Part shown: piece by piece, positions 51,452-60,626 of the stretch | Layout of the letters: each line of letters opens with the position of its first letter | How positions within the stretch are numbered: position 1 is the first letter of the stretch | Source: Halorussus marinus | GTDB lineage: Archaea; Halobacteriota; Halobacteria; Halobacteriales; Haladaptataceae | Assembly: GCF_004765795.1 (NCBI RefSeq) | Contig: NZ_SBIV01000006.1 | Location: 1-64,000, forward strand | Length of the DNA: 64,000 nucleotides | Direction: 5' to 3' | Notes under the pieces: model-generated | Seen by the model: only the letters and a program-made list of their open reading frames with translations | Database searches by the model: none | Told to the model about the DNA's origin: nothing | Position numbers and translations under genes: made by a program

Positions 51452-52059
51452 CCGACGCCGACCGCGCGCCCGACGCGGACGCCGGCGCCGACGCGTGGCC
51501 GATCGAGTTCCGGGGCGTCACCGAGTCGGTCGTGACGACGCTCGGCCCGAACGACCGGTGGAACGTCGCGGCGCTGGGGCTCCATCCGCCCGCGTCGCCC
51601 GGCGAGCCGGTGACGGCCCGGACGTGGGGCGACACCCGGACGCGACGGAACTTCCGGCGGCAGGGCGGCGGCTACGTCCAGTTCGTCCGGGACCCCGTGG
51701 CGTTCGTTGACGCCGCGCTCTCGATCTGGGAGGTAGACGAGCCGGTGCTCGACGCGGCGGACGCGTGGGCCGAGATCGGCGCCGAGCGCGTCGCCGTCGG
51801 CGAGTCGGGCGACACCGAGTGGGCCGAGTGGCGGCTCTCGCCCCGCGATACCGGGATCGAACGCGAGGTCGTCCCGACGACGAACCGCGGGTTCAGCGCG
51901 GTCGTCGAGGCGACGGTCGCGGCCTCGCGGCTGGGCGTCGAGGCGTACGACGAGGAGACGCTCCGCGAGCGGTTAGACTACTTCGAGGACGTCGGGCGGA
52001 CGTGCGGGGGCGACCGGGTGCGCGAGGCGTTCGACCGACTCGTCGACCGACTCGACTGA
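51448..52059 (+). CDS. DUF447 family protein
   Basis: ESVVTT...NVAALG...T..N...NRG..AVVEATV.ASR. Confidence 0.8.
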   Translation: MTDADRAPDADAGADAWPIEFRGVTESVVTTLGPNDRWNVAALGLHPPASPGEPVTARTWGDTRTRRNFRRQGGGYVQFVRDPVAFVDAALSIWEVDEPVLDAADAWAEIGAERVAVGESGDTEWAEWRLSPRDTGIEREVVPTTNRGFSAVVEATVAASRLGVEAYDEETLRERLDYFEDVGRTCGGDRVREAFDRLVDRLD

Positions 52060-52165
52060 GGGTCGAGACCGAATCACTTCACTGCTCTCGGAACGCCGAC
52101 CCGGGAGTCGGCTCTCCGTGGCGACGCCTCGATCGAAAAGCGCCCCGGCGACGCTCCGGGGCGGA

Positions 52166-52333
52166 TCAAAACTCGTCTTTGCGGTCGATGGTGACCGTCC
52201 AGTCGGGGATCTCGTCGGGGACGTATTCGAGCTCCCAGACGCCCTCTACCTCCTTTCCCTCCCCGAAGGATCGGAGGACGAGCGCTTCGAGCTCTTCTTT
52301 GAACGTCGGGTCCGCTGTGTCGTTGTGATCCAT
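52166..52333 (-). CDS. Small hypothetical protein
   Basis: 55 aa acidic, 'F.EEL..LV......G..VEG.W......PDW.V.I'. Confidence 0.6.
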   Translation of the reverse strand: MDHNDTADPTFKEELEALVLRSFGEGKEVEGVWELEYVPDEIPDWTVTIDRKDEF

Positions 52334-52489
52334 GGCTCTCAGAACGGCGCTCTGTGTCCGTACGATGAGGTCCGAAACCAAGTGTATTTATAGTTACGAA
52401 ACGCCCGAGTCGGCGCTCGGACCCGAGGCTCCGTCGCGCGACGACCGCGAACGAATGGGTTTAAGGTTCCCAACGGAAAAGTTGCTGGC

Positions 52490-52663
52490 ATGCCAATCAA
52501 GCCGGACTACGTCAAGAAGACGGGTACCATCCTGCTCGACCGATATCCCGAAGCGTTCACCGACGACTTCGACCAGAACAAAGAGAGCGTCACGAAGCTC
52601 ACCAACATCGAGTCGAAGGGCGTCCGCAACCGGATCGCGGGCTACGTCACCCGCAAGCAGTAA
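52490..52663 (+). CDS. rps17e: 30S ribosomal protein S17e (not in the ORF track)
   Basis: MPIKPDYVKK...FTDDFDQNK...SKGVRNRIAGYVTR; TTTAAG at -30. Confidence 0.96.
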   Translation: MPIKPDYVKKTGTILLDRYPEAFTDDFDQNKESVTKLTNIESKGVRNRIAGYVTRKQ

Positions 52664-52665
52664 CA

Positions 52666-52800
52666 CGACCTTTTACTGCGGTCGGCGCACGAACGCGCCT
52701 CCCTCCTAAAACGTCGGTGAAAAACCACCGGGAGAACAGCGCTCTCCCGGCGGTTTTGATCGAGCGTTTGCAAGGGCGCCACCCGCAACAAACCGTCGAA
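52666..52800. repeat. REP-like repeat, two inverted copies (B and C)
   Basis: CGACCTTTT...AAAACGTCGGTGAAAAAC, then 52748-52778, which matches the reverse complement of 59267-59297 at 30/31. Confidence 0.75.
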
Positions 52801-52838
52801 CCCAAACCGTTTTCCTACCGTAGCGCTCACCCACGACA

Positions 52839-53873
52839 ATGACAGTACGTGTCGGCGTTCTCGGTGCGACGGGCGCGGTCGGCCAGCGATTCATTCAGTT
52901 GCTCGACGGCCACCCCGAGTTCGAACTGGCGGCGGTAACCGCGAGCGAGTCGAGCGCGGGACGGACCTACCGCGACGCGGCCAAGTGGCGCATCGACGCC
53001 CCCATCCCCGAGGCGGCCGCCGAACTCACCGTACGATCGACCGACCCCGAGTCGGTGCCAGACGACGTCGACCTCCTCTTCTCGTCGCTCCCGTCGGGCG
53101 TGGCCGCCGAGGTCGAACCGGCGTTCGCCGAGGCGGGCTACGTGCTCTCGTCGAACTCCTCGAACGAGCGGATGGCCGACGACGTGCCCCTCGTGATCCC
53201 CGAGATCAACCCGGGCCACCTCGACCTGCTCGAAGTCCAGCGCGACGAGCGCGGCTGGGACGGCGCGGTGCTCAAGAACCCCAACTGCTCGACCATCACG
53301 ATGGTTCCGACGCTCGCGGCGCTCGCGCCGTCCGGGCTCGAACGAGTCCACGTCTCGACGCTTCAGGCGGTCTCCGGGGCGGGCTACTCGGGCGTCTCCT
53401 CGATGGAGATCCTCGACAACGTGCTCCCCCACATCGGCGGCGAGGAGGACAAGATGGAGACCGAATCCCGGAAACTGCTGGGTTCGTTCGACGGCGCGAC
53501 CCTCTCTCACCACGACGTGTCGGTCTCGGCGTCGTGCAACCGCGTGCCGACCATCGACGGACATATCGAGAACGTCTGGGCCGAGACCGACGAGGCCGTC
53601 TCGCCGACCGACGTCGAGGACGCGTTCCGGGGCGTCGAGAGCCTCGACCTGCCGAGTTCGCCCGAGCCGCTGATCCACGTCTTCGAGGACCCCGAGCGGC
53701 CCCAGCCCCGCCTCGACCGCCACGTCGGCGACGGGATGGCGATCGCGGCCGGCGGCGTCCAGGAGACCGACAGCGGCGTCCAGTACAACTGTCTGGCGCA
53801 CAACACGATCCGCGGGGCGGCCGGCGCGGCGGTGCTGAACGGCGAACTCCTCGCGAGCGAGGGGTGGCTGTAG
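52839..53873 (+). CDS. asd: Aspartate-semialdehyde dehydrogenase
   Basis: LGATGAVGQ, NPNCST, QAVSGAG, CNRVP..DGH, HNTIRGAAG. Confidence 0.97.
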   Translation: MTVRVGVLGATGAVGQRFIQLLDGHPEFELAAVTASESSAGRTYRDAAKWRIDAPIPEAAAELTVRSTDPESVPDDVDLLFSSLPSGVAAEVEPAFAEAGYVLSSNSSNERMADDVPLVIPEINPGHLDLLEVQRDERGWDGAVLKNPNCSTITMVPTLAALAPSGLERVHVSTLQAVSGAGYSGVSSMEILDNVLPHIGGEEDKMETESRKLLGSFDGATLSHHDVSVSASCNRVPTIDGHIENVWAETDEAVSPTDVEDAFRGVESLDLPSSPEPLIHVFEDPERPQPRLDRHVGDGMAIAAGGVQETDSGVQYNCLAHNTIRGAAGAAVLNGELLASEGWL

Positions 53874-53910
53874 GCGCGCCCGAGACGGCGTCGGTCTCCG
53901 GGGCGGGCAA

Positions 53911-54873
53911 TCAGACGACGCGGTTTTCCAGCGGCTCGCCCGCCGCCAGCCGATCCAGATTCGTCGCCACGATGTCGGCCTGCCGGGCGTAGTACTCGGG
54001 GGTGTGTCCGGAGCAGTGAGGGGTGATCAGGCAGTTCTCGAAGTTCCAGAGCGGGTGGTCTTCGGGCAGGGGTTCGGGGTCGGTCACGTCGAGGGCCGCC
54101 CCGCGGACGTACTCGCTCCGGAGCGCGTCGACCAGCGCGTCGGTGTCGACGACCGGGCCGCGGGCGACGTTGACGACGACCGACTCGGGCGGCAGGGTGG
54201 TGAACTCCGGGGCGCCGACGAGCCCGCGCGTGGTCTCGGTCAGCGGACACGCCAACACGAGGTAGTCGGTCCGGGCGAGCGCGTCGTGGAACTCGTCGGG
54301 GTCGAAGCCGACGACCTCGTCGGTCGGCCCGCCCTTCGAGGGGGTGTACCGGACGCCGATCGTGTCGACGCCGAACCCTTCGAGGCGCTCGACGACGGCC
54401 CGCCCGATGGCCCCTAACCCGACCACGGTGACGGTGCTATCCTGGAGTTCGTACGCCTGGAAGTGGCGCCACTCGCGGTTCCGCTGGCGGCGCCACCCCT
54501 CGTGGAGGCGCCGGGCGAACACGAGGAGGTTGCCGACGACGTGCTCGCCGATGTTCGGGCCGTGCACGCCCGAGGCGTTGGTGACCGCCACGCCCCGGTC
54601 TTCGAACGCGTCGAGGGGCAGGTGGCCTGTCCCGGCGTACGCGCAGGCGAACAGTTCGATCTCCGCTGCGTGCGCGAGCAGTTCCTCGTCGATCTCCATC
54701 CCGGTGACCACCGGCGCGCGCTCGATGAACTCGCGCTCCTCGGCCGGCGTTCGGGCGACCCGCACGTCGGCCTCGGGCAGGCGCTCGCGGAGCGCCGCGG
54801 CGTAGTCGCTCAGGGCCATTCCGTGGGTCGGCTTCCGCAGAACGAGCACGTCTGGCGTGTCGGCGTCGGACAT
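53911..54873 (-). CDS. D-2-hydroxyacid dehydrogenase
   Basis: GLGAIG, PLTETTRGL, NVARG, LDVTDPEPLP, ITPH. Confidence 0.94.
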   Translation of the reverse strand: MSDADTPDVLVLRKPTHGMALSDYAAALRERLPEADVRVARTPAEEREFIERAPVVTGMEIDEELLAHAAEIELFACAYAGTGHLPLDAFEDRGVAVTNASGVHGPNIGEHVVGNLLVFARRLHEGWRRQRNREWRHFQAYELQDSTVTVVGLGAIGRAVVERLEGFGVDTIGVRYTPSKGGPTDEVVGFDPDEFHDALARTDYLVLACPLTETTRGLVGAPEFTTLPPESVVVNVARGPVVDTDALVDALRSEYVRGAALDVTDPEPLPEDHPLWNFENCLITPHCSGHTPEYYARQADIVATNLDRLAAGEPLENRVV

Positions 54874-54951
54874 GTGGGGCGGTTCGGGAGCGAGTCCCAA
54901 AATAGCACTCCAATCGGCGAGGCGTCGGCTGAAGAATTAACGGCCTTAGAA

Positions 54952-55026
54952 TGCTCGCTAGGGGATTTGAACCCCTGTCATTGGCTCGAAAGGCCAATAT
55001 GATTGGCCGGGCTACACCAAGCGAGC
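54952..55026 (-). tRNA. tRNA-Glu(TTC)
   Basis: GCTCGCT acceptor stem, anticodon arm TTGGC-CTTTCGA-GCCAA, T-loop GGTTCAAATCC; TTTATAAG about 55 nt upstream. Confidence 0.96.
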
Positions 55027-55140
55027 TAGCTTTCGTTCGGGGACCGCCTCCGAACGTACTCTGACCGATGGCCTGCATACTTATAAACGCAACTAATTCG
55101 AGCTGTCCCCGTCCCCGATTCACCGAGTGGCCGTTCGTCG

Positions 55141-55827
55141 CTACCGCTTCGCCTCGAACAGAATCTCGACCGGCTCCTCGAACTCGATCGCGCCGTGATC
55201 TGCCCGCGGGTGACATCGGTTACAGAGCAACACCAGGTTTTCCGCTCGATGTGCGTCCTCTATCGCGAGTTCGTCGGCGCTACGAAAGACGCGAACTGGG
55301 ACGATGTGATGCACTTCGAGCCGACGGTCTGAGCCGCCGTGGCCGCAGTGCTGACACTCTTTGTCTCGCTCCCGGATACGCTCTCGCATCACTGACCAGC
55401 CCGAGCCGTATCGGTTGCTGTAGCCGCCGCGCCAGTTGGGGTTCGCATCACCGGCCGTCGATTCGCTCATTTTCCGGCGCGTCTCCTCGGATCGAACAGT
55501 CCCCGTGAGCGACTCGGAGATCTTCCCGCGAACTTCGGACGGAAGCTCGGTTCCTCGCTGAGACTCGGAAATCCGTCGGCGAGTTCGTTCGGAGACCGAG
55601 CGGTTTTCTAGCGACTTCGAAATCCGTTTTTTCACGTTCTCTGCTCGTTCTCGTCCGTACATCGGGTGATTCTCTCCGCGCATCTCGCGCGTCGGGATGT
55701 CGAACCGGTTCATGTACCGACGCACTTGTCTGACCGAGATCCCACACTCCTCGGCGATTTCCCGCTGTGTCAGGTTCTCCTCCCAGTACTTGATTTCGAG
55801 CCACCAGCCGTTCCGGTATCGCTTCAC
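55141..55827 (-). CDS. HNH endonuclease with HTH and NUMOD3-like repeats
   Basis: LTQREIAEECG; repeated S-E-x-T-R-x-K-I-S-E-S; NPNWRGG; CQHCG...VHHIVP...NLVLLCNRCH. Confidence 0.9.
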   Translation of the reverse strand: MKRYRNGWWLEIKYWEENLTQREIAEECGISVRQVRRYMNRFDIPTREMRGENHPMYGRERAENVKKRISKSLENRSVSERTRRRISESQRGTELPSEVRGKISESLTGTVRSEETRRKMSESTAGDANPNWRGGYSNRYGSGWSVMRERIRERDKECQHCGHGGSDRRLEVHHIVPVRVFRSADELAIEDAHRAENLVLLCNRCHPRADHGAIEFEEPVEILFEAKR

Positions 55828-55977
55828 GCGTTAGTTTAGGAGATATACCGATATAAATTTTAGATGGGGTGTTCTTGTTCCTGCTAATTGCGACCGAAAA
55901 GGAGACGGTCGAAATCGCGCCGCCCGAACCCGGGGTCCCTTACCGTCGACGGCGAGCCCCGACGGCGGTCGCTTCGC

Positions 55978-57957
55978 TCACTTCCCTTGGAAGTCGGGCT
56001 CGCCGTCGCCCATGAACGCCGTGACGCCCTCCATCAGGTCGTCGGTGTTCATCAGGTGGCCGAACGCCTGGGACTCGACTTCGAGGCCCGCGTCGGTGTC
56101 GTCCCGGCCCGCGAGCATCGCCCGCTTGGTGTACTTCTGGGCGATGGGCGGCCCCGCCGCGAGGTCGGCCGCGAGCTCGAACGCCCGGTCGCCGAACTCG
56201 TCGGGAGCGACGACCTCGTTGACGAAGCCGTACGACGCCATCGTCTCGGCGTCGAAGCGGTCTGCGGTGAAGATGATCTCTTTCGCGCGACCTTCACCGA
56301 CGATGTGCTTGAGCCGCTGGGTGCCGCCCCAGCCCGGCAACAGACCCAGATCGTGTTCGGGCTGGCCCAGCTCCGAGCGGTCGGTCGCGATGCGCATGTC
56401 CGCGCAGGTCGCCAGCTCCATCCCGCCGCCGAGACAGTAGCCGTCGATGGCGGCGACGACGGGCATCGGACACGCCTCCAGCTTGCCGAACGTCTCTTGG
56501 CCCTTCTTCGAGAGCTCGACCGCAGTGAGCGGGTCTCCGCCGCCAGCGGCCATGCTCTGGACGTCCGCGCCCGCGGAGAACGCCTTGTCGCCGGCTCCGA
56601 CGACCAGGAGCGCACGCACGTCCTCGTCGGCTTCGAGCGCGTCGACGGCGTCGGCGAGGTCGTCGAGCAGTTCCTCGCTGACCGTGTTCATCCGGTGGGG
56701 TCGATCGAGAACGACCTTCCCGACCATCTCGCCGGGCTTCTCGACCCGGATCGTGTCGAACTCGTAGGCGTCGCCGCCGTCGCCGTCGGCCTCGTCGCCG
56801 TAGAAGCCGCCCTCGTCGGCGGCCGTCCGGAGCGCGTCGCTCGGCTCGTAGCGGGCCGCGCCGGTCTCCTCGTGGAGTTTTTCGAGCGTCTCGACGAGGG
56901 CGTCGAGTCCGGCGTCGTCGGCCAGCTTCGCGGGGCCGTCGGGGAAGCCCGCCCCGAGCATGACCGCCTCGTCGATCGCCGCCGGGTCCGCCACGTCGTT
57001 GCCGACGAGCTTGGCGACCTCGTTGGCCATCACCGCCTGAAGTCGACGGACCGCGGCCTCGCTCCCGGCGTCGGTCGGGATCTCGACGCCGCCGTCCTCG
57101 TAGTCGTAGAACCCCTCGCCGGTCTTCTTGCCCAGCGTCTCGGCCTCGACCTTCTCGACCAGCAGGGGACACGGCTCGTAGGCGTCGCCCAGCACGTCGT
57201 GCATGTAGTCGAGGACGTGGTAGCCGACGTCGATGCCGACCTGATCGGCGAGTTCGAAGCTCCCCATCGGCAGGCCCATGTCGAACTTGGTGGCGCTGTC
57301 GACTTCGGCGACGGTGTACTCGCCGGATTCGACCATCCACGCCGCCTCGTTCATCAGGGGCACGAGGATCCGGTTCACGATGAATCCGGGGCTGTCCTTC
57401 CGGACCCGGACCGGGGTCTTGCCCATCTCCTCGGCGAGGGCCTCGGTCAGTTCGAGCACCTCGTCGTCGGTGTGGGCTCCGGAGATGACCTCTACGAGCT
57501 GCATCCGGACCGGCGGATTGAAAAAGTGCATCCCGCAGAACCGCTCGGGGCGCTCGGTGACCTCCGAGAGCTCGGTGATCGAGAGGCTGGAGGTGTTGGT
57601 GGCGAACACCGCGCTGTCGGGCGCGTACTCCTCCAGTTCGCCGTAGACGTCCTTTTTGATCTCCATCTTCTCGGGCACCGCCTCGATCACGAAGTCGGCG
57701 TCTTCGACCGCCTGCTCGAAGTCCACCAGCGCCGTCACCCGATCGAGCGCCGCGTCGGCCTCCTCGTCGGTGATCCGGTCGTTCTCCGCGAGCTTGCCGA
57801 GGCTCCACTCGATCTGGTCGTAGCCGTTCTGGACGAACTCCTCTTTGATGTCCCGGAGGTTCACGTCGAACCCCGCGAGGGCCGCGACCTCCGCGATGCC
57901 GTGGCCCATGTTTCCGGCGCCGAGAACTGCGACGGTGTTGATATCTTCGACTTCCAT
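55978..57957 (-). CDS. 3-hydroxyacyl-CoA dehydrogenase / enoyl-CoA hydratase fusion
   Basis: GAGNMGHG, EAVPE, TNTSSL, GMHFFNP; AFSAGAD, GGGMELA, PGWGGTQRL. Confidence 0.96.
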   Translation of the reverse strand: MEVEDINTVAVLGAGNMGHGIAEVAALAGFDVNLRDIKEEFVQNGYDQIEWSLGKLAENDRITDEEADAALDRVTALVDFEQAVEDADFVIEAVPEKMEIKKDVYGELEEYAPDSAVFATNTSSLSITELSEVTERPERFCGMHFFNPPVRMQLVEVISGAHTDDEVLELTEALAEEMGKTPVRVRKDSPGFIVNRILVPLMNEAAWMVESGEYTVAEVDSATKFDMGLPMGSFELADQVGIDVGYHVLDYMHDVLGDAYEPCPLLVEKVEAETLGKKTGEGFYDYEDGGVEIPTDAGSEAAVRRLQAVMANEVAKLVGNDVADPAAIDEAVMLGAGFPDGPAKLADDAGLDALVETLEKLHEETGAARYEPSDALRTAADEGGFYGDEADGDGGDAYEFDTIRVEKPGEMVGKVVLDRPHRMNTVSEELLDDLADAVDALEADEDVRALLVVGAGDKAFSAGADVQSMAAGGGDPLTAVELSKKGQETFGKLEACPMPVVAAIDGYCLGGGMELATCADMRIATDRSELGQPEHDLGLLPGWGGTQRLKHIVGEGRAKEIIFTADRFDAETMASYGFVNEVVAPDEFGDRAFELAADLAAGPPIAQKYTKRAMLAGRDDTDAGLEVESQAFGHLMNTDDLMEGVTAFMGDGEPDFQGK

Positions 57958-58007
57958 ACCCGTACGCTCACTTGCCGGCCGTTTCAACGTTTCCCTCTCG
58001 GAATAAG

Positions 58008-58024
58008 AAACTCTGAGTGAGTTT
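58008..58024. promoter_or_regulatory. Palindromic candidate operator between divergent beta-oxidation genes
   Basis: AAACTC-TGAGT-GAGTTT. Confidence 0.45.
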
Positions 58025-58071
58025 ATTTACGGTTACAAAGGAATTTACGGTCGGGTGTGCAATCGGCGCAC

Positions 58072-59226
58072 ATGGACTTTGGACTATCCGACGAGCAGAT
58101 CGCGATCCGCGACGAAGTGCGGAAGTTCGCCGAAAACGAGATCGAACCGGTCGCCGGCGAGTACGATCAGGCCGAAAAGTACCCCTGGGACGTGATGGAC
58201 AAGGCCGCCGAGATGGGCCTGACCGGCTCGAACATCCCCGTCGAGTACGGCGGCGCGGGCTACACGCCCCTCGAAACCGCCATCATCGTCGAGGAGTTGT
58301 TCGCGGTCGACCCCGGCATCGGGCTGTGTATCACCTCCGCGGCGTTCGGCGCGGACGCCATCCGGGAGTTCGGCACCGAAGAGCAAAAAGAGCAGTACCT
58401 CCGCCCGGTCGCGGAGGGCGAGGCCGTGATGGGCGCCGCCATCTCCGAACCCGACACCGGCTCGGACGTCTCGTCGGTCTCGACCAGCGCCGAGAAGGAC
58501 GGCGACGAGTGGGTGCTCAACGGCAACAAGATGTGGATCACGAACGGCTCGGTCGGCGACTACTTCGTCGTGATGTGCGAGACCGACCCCGAGATCGAAG
58601 ACCGGTACGCCGGCTTCTCCCAGATCGTCGTCGAGTCCGACCGCGACGGCTTCGAGGCCGACAAGATCACGGGCAAACTCGGCATCCGGGCGAGCGACAC
58701 CGCCGAGCTCATCTTCGACGACGTCCGGGTCCCCGAGGAGAACCTCGTGGGCCAGCGCGGGATGGGCTTCCCCCAGCTCATGCAGTTTTTCGACGAGACC
58801 CGCACGATGGTCGCCGCCCAGGGCGTCGGCATCGCCAAGGGCGCCTGCGAGCGCGCCCTGGAGTACGCCCAGGAGCGCGACCAGTTCGGCCAGCCGATCT
58901 CCGAGTTCCAGGCCATCCAGCACAAGCTCGCCGAGATCCACACCAAGACCGAGGCCGCGCGCAACCTCACCTACAAGTCGGCGTGGAGCATCAACAACGA
59001 GGACGACCAGCTCACCCAGCTCGCGTCGATGGCCAAGGAGTTCTCCTCGCGGGTCGCGGTCGAAGCCGCCGACGAGGCGGTCCAGATCCACGGCGGGTCG
59101 GGCTACGTCAACGACTTCGACGTCGAGCGGCTCTATCGGGACGCGAAGATCACCCAGATCTACGAGGGAACCACCGAGATCCAGAAGAACATCATCGCCC
59201 GCGAGCTACTGGGCAAAGGGTTCTAG
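58072..59226 (+). CDS. Acyl-CoA dehydrogenase
   Basis: [42 protein letters not shown]. Confidence 0.97.
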   Translation: MDFGLSDEQIAIRDEVRKFAENEIEPVAGEYDQAEKYPWDVMDKAAEMGLTGSNIPVEYGGAGYTPLETAIIVEELFAVDPGIGLCITSAAFGADAIREFGTEEQKEQYLRPVAEGEAVMGAAISEPDTGSDVSSVSTSAEKDGDEWVLNGNKMWITNGSVGDYFVVMCETDPEIEDRYAGFSQIVVESDRDGFEADKITGKLGIRASDTAELIFDDVRVPEENLVGQRGMGFPQLMQFFDETRTMVAAQGVGIAKGACERALEYAQERDQFGQPISEFQAIQHKLAEIHTKTEAARNLTYKSAWSINNEDDQLTQLASMAKEFSSRVAVEAADEAVQIHGGSGYVNDFDVERLYRDAKITQIYEGTTEIQKNIIARELLGKGF

Positions 59227-59232
59227 ACGACC

Positions 59233-59297
59233 GACGACCCTTTCGAAGGGCGGCGCATAAACGCGCCGCCCTTGCAAACGCTCCATCAAAACCGCCG
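59233..59297 (+). repeat. REP-like repeat (copy D)
   Basis: CGACCCTTT-AAGGGCGGCGC/GCGCCGCCCTT hairpin-GCAAACGCTCCATCAAAAC, just after the stop codon. Confidence 0.75.
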
Positions 59298-59527
59298 GAA
59301 GAGGGAAGCTCTCCCGAGCCTGCGTTCGCTCCGTTCACGCAGACACGGCGTTCCTCCCGCCGTTCGCTTCGCTCACTCTGGTCGTCGCTTGGTCCGCTCG
59401 CTCGTCGTGGTCCGAGAGAGCGACGCTCTCTCCTCATCACGAAAGGCGATGGCGTTCGAACGACGACGCTCCTCGCTCGCGGTGCGATTGCTGGTGCTCA
59501 CAGCATCGCACGACTACGGCATCGCGC

Positions 59528-60583
59528 CTACGCCCACGTCTCCCCAAGCACTCGAAGCCAGTTGTCGCGGGCGATCTTCTCCACTTCGTCCTCGTCGAAC
59601 CCCCTGTCTCGAATTGCGGCGAGCACGTCGGAGAGCCCGGTCGCGTCGCCGATCGGGTCGGGGATGGTCGCGCCGTCGAAGTCCGACCCGAGCGCGACGT
59701 GGTCGACGCCGACGCGGTCGGCGACGTACTCGACGTGATCGACCAGCGTCGCGATCGGCGTGTCGGGGTCGCTCTCGCCGTCCGGGCGGAGAAACCCCAC
59801 CGCAAAGGTGATTCCGACGAGCCCGCCCGAGGCGGCGATCGCGTCGAGCTGTTCGTCGGTCAGGTTTCGGCTCGACGGACAGATGGCGTGGACCGCGCCG
59901 TGGCTCACCACGAGCGGATCGGTCGACAGCGCCGCGACGTCTTCGAACCCGGCGGCGTTGAGGTGCGCGAGGTCGACGACGATCCCCCGGTCGTTGCAGG
60001 CCGCGACGAGGTCCCGACCGGCGTCGGTGAGTCCGGGACCCGCGTCGGGCGTCCCGGGGTACTCGAACCGGACGCCGTGGCCGAAGGCGTTCGGGCGGCT
60101 CCACACCGGTCCGATCGAGCGCACGCCCGCGGCGTAGAGGAGATCGAGGTTCGAGAGGTCGGGGGCGACCGCCTCGGCGCCTTCGAGGTGCGGGATCGCG
60201 GCGAGCGCGTCCGAGTCGAGCGCGGCGTCGAGGGCCTCGGCGTCGCCGACGATCCGGACCGCGCCGTCCGAGTCGGCCCGGATGCGGTGGAGTCGCGCCA
60301 GCGCGTCGTAGGTGAACGCCCTCGCTCGCTCGCGGTCGACCGCCGGCGGGAGGTCCATCTCGTAGCCCTCGGCGGTCGGCTCGCGGTCGTACTCGTGGTC
60401 GTCGTTCGGGACGAACACCGCGAACAGGCCGCCGGCGAGGCCGCCGTCGCGGGCCCGCGGGAGGTCGAGGTGGCCCGCCTCGCGTCGCTCGAAGAACGAG
60501 CGACCGCCCTCCCGGCCGTCCGCTCGGACGTCGAGGAGGGTGTCGTTGTGCCCGTCGAACACCGCGACCGGAGCGTTCGTCAT
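59528..60583 (-). CDS. Membrane dipeptidase (M19) family
   Basis: DGHND, HLEG, VDLAH, SHG, RNLTD, LGSDFDG. Confidence 0.94.
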   Translation of the reverse strand: MTNAPVAVFDGHNDTLLDVRADGREGGRSFFERREAGHLDLPRARDGGLAGGLFAVFVPNDDHEYDREPTAEGYEMDLPPAVDRERARAFTYDALARLHRIRADSDGAVRIVGDAEALDAALDSDALAAIPHLEGAEAVAPDLSNLDLLYAAGVRSIGPVWSRPNAFGHGVRFEYPGTPDAGPGLTDAGRDLVAACNDRGIVVDLAHLNAAGFEDVAALSTDPLVVSHGAVHAICPSSRNLTDEQLDAIAASGGLVGITFAVGFLRPDGESDPDTPIATLVDHVEYVADRVGVDHVALGSDFDGATIPDPIGDATGLSDVLAAIRDRGFDEDEVEKIARDNWLRVLGETWA

Positions 60584-60626
60584 ACCGGGTCGGCGTCCCG
60601 GAGACCTGTCAATCTGTCGACCGGGA

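Noticed and set aside
54952..55026. tRNA-Glu as the attachment site of either integrase
   Set aside because: No duplicated tRNA fragment seen in the window; the intact element's repeats are at sucC
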